In this document: positions 57,961 through 64,000 of the stretch, one piece after another
Layout of the letters: the number at the start of each line of letters is the position of its first letter
How positions within the stretch are numbered: the first letter of the stretch is position 1
Origin: Octopus vulgaris
Taxonomy: Eukaryota
Assembly (NCBI GenBank): GCA_951406725.2
Contig: OX597832.1
Location: forward strand, 65,658,001-65,722,000
Length of the DNA: 64,000 bases
Direction: 5' to 3'
Made by a program: the position numbers and the translations under genes
The notes under the pieces: model-generated
Seen by the model: only the letters and a program-made list of their open reading frames with translations
The model's database searches: none
What the model was told of the DNA's origin: nothing

Positions 57961-59384
57961 GTCAAAAATTATTTGTTATTTTTTGCCCAGTGACAGTGAA
58001 TTAATGATCGCATCCAAAATTCCACTGCAGCTTATTTCGTTGGAACTGTGTAAGCAGTAGAGAATGGTCTTCATCATTCGAAATATGTCTGCTCAAGGTT
58101 TATTCTTGAAGCATGATATGGACCAGATGCTTTTCGTTATATACATACATACTTACATACATTATATATATGTATGTATGCATCCAAGGAGAGAGGGATA
58201 GATAAGTGCCTCACCTTTGTTAAGTCTTTTTCGATGTCACATACTTGTGGCAATTCGAAGCGAAATCAGATCAGCTTGTCGGAAGTATATACAAACAACA
58301 TTTAAAATACACGATAGCTTACAAAGGTGTCAAATAAAGAAATTAAATTCATATTACGCAATGGAAGAAGCTCTGTAGTGAAAAATTTTTTCAATAGAAT
58401 ATACATTATAGATTGTTTGTTTAATTTATCAATAGTTGGTTTTAGAACCCTTTAAGAATATCTTCCCAAGAAGTTATTCAATATTATTTTTGCGTAGACT
58501 TACTATTATTGCAGTTAAAAACCCTTGTGTGAGCCATGGGTATATGACGTGCTTTGTCTCTCATTCATTTTGTTTTCTATTGTAAATTTCTCTAAGTAAT
58601 GCGTGTACATAGTGTGTACAATGATATTTGCTTTATTGTATTCATATTTGATCTTTGTATGTATATGTATGTGTCTGTAAACAGATATCCCCAGCTACAC
58701 ACATATACACACACGCACACACACGCACACACACCCGTATAAGCATGGATGTGTGTTTGTGCGGTATGTCTACATCCATATGTACATTTTCGTTTATTCC
58801 TCTACTTTCTATTGAATCTTCTCTCTCTTGACAGATGTCACTTTTCGAAAGATTCTATTGTTTATTTTGGCTACGGTGAAGCAACAAAAACCAGTATTTA
58901 CTTTTGTGTTTTGTAGTTCTTTTTATCGTTTACTTGTAGATATTTTATAGTCCTCACTAATTTATGACCGCCTTCTAGATACTTCCCCGTTTTCTAGTGT
59001 ATCTCTGTATCAGATTTCAGTTTGAAATCACAAAGATATATATTTAAGCTGTTTATTAGTGTATAGATTTTAATTGTTGATATTACAGTGTTACACGAAG
59101 GAAATGTCTAGTTTCTTGTTGTTTATTTTACTATGCATCTAATAAGCCTCCTTCCCTGTAACCATTCTCCGTCGCCTACCCCCTCCACCAGCCATATTTT
59201 CCTCTTCTTTTGCTTTTCCATCGTCTTCTAGCCTTAACGTTAATATTATTCCGAGCAACAATAACTGATGCGTTGCTAAATGATGACTTATATAGTTTTA
59301 GTATAATAAAGGTTTACAGTCGAGGCCACCGTCAACATCATCTATATCAGTATTACCATCATCAGATTCGTCATTGTCACTTAT

Positions 59385-59780
59385 CAACATCATCGTCATT
59401 TTCACTGTCATCATCATCATCATCATCATTATCATCATCATCATCACCATCACCATCACCATCATCATCATCACCAGTATCATTCCCACCACAACCACCA
59501 GTGCCATCAACATCATCATCATCTTCATCATCATCATCATCAACATCATCATCATCACCACCACCACCACCATCACCACAACCATCACCATGATCCTCCC
59601 CCACTTCCTCATCATCATCACCACCACCACCACCATCATCATGATCCTCCTCATTCTCATCACCATCATCAACATCATCCTCACCACCACCACCAGCACC
59701 ACCACCATACCACCACCAGCACCATCATCATCATCATCATCATCATCATCGTCGTCGTCATCATTATCGTCTTCATCATC
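59385..59780. repeat. (CAT/CAC)n compound microsatellite
   Basis: Directly visible. Confidence 0.95.
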
Positions 59781-60811
59781 TGTATTGTTATTGTTTGTTT
59801 TCTATTCGCTGCTTCTCTTGTCACCTATATATATATTTTTTTTTTTTCTGAATAAAATGTTGTTTTAATTTCAAATCTATTTTGTATTTTATTATTATTC
59901 GGAACCACACCACTTTCAGTGATGATGGAATCAATCCATTCATTTCTCTAAACACATTGCATTCGTCAATTGATATAATTGGTTATTCTAAAAAATAAAA
60001 AAAAAAGATAAAACAAAAATGAAAACCTGAAGTGAATTTTGGTTATTCCAAGATTCACTTTATTTCTGTTTTTTCCTTCTTTTTGGCAAAAGATTTTTCT
60101 GTGCTTTTTATCTTGCTGGTTTTCTTTCTAGAATTTATGCTCTCATTTTTCATCTCATTTGGACAATGAACATATAAAAAAAAAGGCCTCATAACAGTTC
60201 TTCTCTTTAAAGGAAGCCAAATTTTAAAAAGTAAAATATATACAAAGAATTAGTTTAATTTTAATCAAACCTTTTGCATGTGTATACACACATATACAAA
60301 TGCAGACACAGATATACATACATACATTGACACAAACACACGCACAAATACACACACAAACGCGCATACACACGCTCATAGAAATTCATATATATACCGA
60401 CACTCAGACAGACGCTCAAATACACTCACACACACTCAGATACGCACATAAACATACACATGTCATACGAACGTAATCAATGTTACATATAAACAATGTT
60501 GCACTTGTTAGAATAGGTGCATTGAACAAGAACGGGGATTTGTAACAAAAAATACGAGGCATTCAGAAAAGGAAGAAAAAAAGTAAACGTAATATTTAGA
60601 ATGGAAAAGAAAGAAAAAAGAGAAGCAAAAAGATAGAAGTGATCTGCAGAAGTATTTTGAACCAGATGTTCGTTGGGAAATAAGAAACAAAAAACAAAAC
60701 GTAGGAAAAAATATAATAGTGAAAACAATGTCATTTCAAAGTACTTAAATCTATTTAACTATGAAATACTGAAAGAAACATTTGTAGCAGTTGAAACAGT
60801 AGCAAAGGGTA

Positions 60812-60812
<1 letters not shown>

Positions 60813-60874
<62 letters not shown>

Positions 60875-60891
60875 TACTACTGTTGCTGATT

Positions 60892-60932
<41 letters not shown>

Positions 60933-60942
60933 GTTGCTGATT

Positions 60943-61011
<69 letters not shown>

Positions 61012-61040
61012 GTAGTAGTAGCAACAGTAGCAGCAGCGGT
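60813..61040. repeat. (CTA)n-(AAT)n-(AGT/AGC)n microsatellite
   Basis: Directly visible; GTTGCTGATT interruption occurs twice. Confidence 0.95.
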
Positions 61041-61316
61041 ATAAGTCGCACAGACGGTGTTTTCCTAGTAGTTTATGCTCCCGTAGAGGTTGTAGTAGTA
61101 ATAGTAGTAGTAGTAGTAGTAAGAGGAGGAGGAGGAGGAAGAGGAGGCGCATGGTTCTAATCCAGAAACGGATCGTCTATAATTAATCCAATAGGCTGGG
61201 ATTTCGTTGTCTTCTTTCTCTTTGCCATATACGAGTTACAAATTCTGTTTGTTTGTGGAGACTTTTTTACTAGTAGTAGAAATAGTGACCTGTTTGGCCA
61301 CTATTTCTAATATGTA

Positions 61317-61366
<50 letters not shown>

Positions 61367-61675
61367 ACGTGTGTATATATGGCATATGCATATTAATATG
61401 CATGGCCATGCATAATTGCAGCAACTGGTATCAGCTGAGATAATCCCAATTTTTCTCTAAAGGTGAGGATCGAGTTGGTGCATGTGTTTAGATCATATGA
61501 GAGAGAGAAGTAATGAGCTGTGCCTGTTACTCGTCTCTTCTTATCATCTCTATTCATGCACTAGCAGAACCATAATATTTAAAGGTATACAAATGCAATA
61601 TAAAATAACAAATGTCTTTAGTTTGCCTCTTCATACTTTTAATCTATTATACATGTAACTCTTCAGTTGATATAT

Positions 61676-61889
61676 TCTTTTGTACTCTAGGCACAAGGCT
61701 GACTTTTTTTTTGGGGGGGGGAGCCAGTTGATTAGATCAACCCCAGTACACAACTAGTACTTAATTTATCGACCCCGAAGGGATAAAAGGCAAAGTTGGC
61801 CTCAGCGGTATTTGAAACCAGAATGTAATGACACGCGAAATACCGCTAAGCATTTCGCCCGGCTTGCTAACGTTTCTACCAACTCGCCT
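61676..61889 (-). mobile_element. SINE family 1, full length
   Basis: Head and core match 55820-55990; tail matches 2395 and 23038 copies. Confidence 0.85.
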
Positions 61890-62155
61890 CTTTTCTTCAG
61901 CTGATATGTTGGCTATCACCTACCGTCGTTGGGCACGTATAACATCACTTCTTAGCTGTCGTTCAACTTGAAGACACTAAATGAACAGTAGATACCAATT
62001 ACATGTAACTATTTCTTTACGACATCAAACACGATATTAGTTAATACATATGACTCTATAGTCATATTCTATGCTCAATCGGGCGTACATACTAATGTAA
62101 CCATGGTTTCTTTCTTTCTTTCTTTGTTCCTTCTTTCTTTCTTTCTCTCTATCTC

Positions 62156-62234
<79 letters not shown>

Positions 62235-62308
62235 GTCTATCTATCATCATCTCTGTTTCTCTCTACCTACCTACAGATATATATATATATATCTTCTTCC
62301 CTGTGTGT

Positions 62309-62352
<44 letters not shown>

Positions 62353-62374
62353 GCATATATGTATATATATATAG

Positions 62375-62520
62375 TTGAATTTTACAAAAAAAACAAAGAG
62401 TGAAGACAGGTGTATAAACAACAAACAGGTGTATTCGTTTAACACTCGGGAATGTGAGACAGTCTTTTACGATTCGAGCATACGCTCTTCCACAGAGAGG
62501 TACAGTAGGAGATAAACAGA
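62375..62520 (-). mobile_element. Second copy of the hammerhead-like short repeat
   Basis: Homologous to 26610-26740; CUCU-CUGUGGAA-GAGC-guau-GCUC-GAAU-CG-UA-AAAG at 62464-62499. Confidence 0.55.
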
Positions 62521-62703
62521 GTTAGCGGTTAAAATAACCGACTTAGGGATAAAATATATGTATGTGCTATCGGTATCCATTTCCCGCGTTATCACCGCGA
62601 AGGGATATTTGTAATGTTATGCTTTTGTTTGTATTCAAATATTAGCTAAAAATGGGATCCAGTCGATGTGATTTTTAATCTGAGGTGTTCTCTATTTTCT
62701 GAT

Positions 62704-62732
<29 letters not shown>

Positions 62733-62735
<3 letters not shown>

Positions 62736-62973
62736 CGACGGGCTTGTTTCCGTTTACCAAATCCACCCACAAGGCTTTGGTTGGCCCGAGGCTATATTAG
62801 AAGCCACTTGCGCAATGGGACTGAACCCGGAACCCTGTAGTAAACGTCTAACCACAAAGCTGGTGTACTGCTTTTATTTAGTCAAACAAATCGCCCCCAG
62901 GACTTATTCTTTGAAGGCCTATTACTTATTCTACCAGTTCTTTTGCCAAACCGCTAGGTTAAGCGTTAACGGG
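62733..62973 (-). mobile_element. SINE family 2 fragments (5' half next to a 3' half in permuted order)
   Basis: 62733-62860 matches 35176-35330; 62878-62960 matches 34950-35030. Confidence 0.75.
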
Positions 62974-63644
62974 TAGAATATGACTAATCTAAGAGGAAGG
63001 GACATGTAGATATCATGCATGTATTTACGAGTGTTAGATATGGTAGAACGCAATAATTTTTTGAAAGTAAATATTAAAAGAAAATGCCGTAAATCTTCTA
63101 AGGAACAATGAAATATTGAAGGAAGAATTCCTGAAAGTTTATTGGCCCCTAAGAAAGTTTAGTAGTTAAAGCTGATTACCTCTTAAAGTAAGTCAGTTTC
63201 GAACACAGCAGAATTATGACGGGGCGAGATAAATAAGAGAATATTAAGATCGGTGACGATGTAATATAAGAAATCTATACGGAAAGCTTATGTTGCGAAA
63301 AGCGTAAAATATATTGAGAAGAAGAGAAAGAAAATAAGAGCATGTAAATAATTTTAAAGGAAAGAAAATGAAAGGAATCATTAAAGAATTTAAGTAAATC
63401 ATATCACATATGGTAACGACAGGTGAAAAAAGATTATAAAACACTAAAAGAAAATAATGCTGCCAAGATAAGGCTGAAGCAAATGTAAATTCATTACTTA
63501 AAACCTGGCTGAAAGTAATCTAGGAATGCACAAGAAAATCCAAACGTACGCAAATTTATGCCTAGTATATGTATTATATAAGTATGTGTGTGTCTATTAA
63601 GTTACATATCTATATATATATAATGATATGGATACTTATAGATA

Positions 63645-63722
<78 letters not shown>

Positions 63723-64000
63723 TACGTACATATATATATGTGTGTATATATATATGCATATTGATACGTATACATACATGTGTTTATATATTATACACAT
63801 ACATCTACACATTCATATACACTCATACCACCCACACACGTACATACACACAAATATATTTATGCGCGCACGTATGCGTGCGTGTGTGTGTGCAACTTAC
63901 ATTTGATTTTGTTTTGGATTTGTATGACACGCAAAAATTTGTGAACTTCTATTAGAAAGATAAGTACAAGCAATTCCTAACACGAGTGGAAATTTTATTA

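Noticed and set aside
59210-59868. Ser/Pro-, Asp/Gly- and Met/Val-rich ORFs
   Set aside because: All frames of a (CAT/CAC)n tract

Overview
AT-rich, microsatellite-saturated eukaryotic (animal) DNA with no host exon that I can support. The SINE types and repeat content look like an octopus/cephalopod genome (inference). Most ORFs in the track are translations of microsatellites. Real content: (1) a ~16 kb cluster (6.6-23 kb) of 5'-truncated R4/Dong-like RLE non-LTR retrotransposons from at least four families, stacked in (TAA)n tracts and arranged as a mirror image (minus strand left, plus strand right), including one copy with an intact ~800-codon RT-CCHC-REL frame; (2) a further RLE family that sits in (TACA)n instead; (3) Penelope-like elements and pLTR remnants in (TA)n carrying minimal hammerhead-ribozyme motifs with non-canonical cores; (4) CR1/L2-type LINE pieces and a tRNA-SINE sharing their 3' tail, plus a second SINE family; (5) four mariner relics, a Tigger/pogo relic and RTE/ORF1 fragments. 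All family assignments are from motif recognition by eye, not database searches, and element boundaries are approximate.
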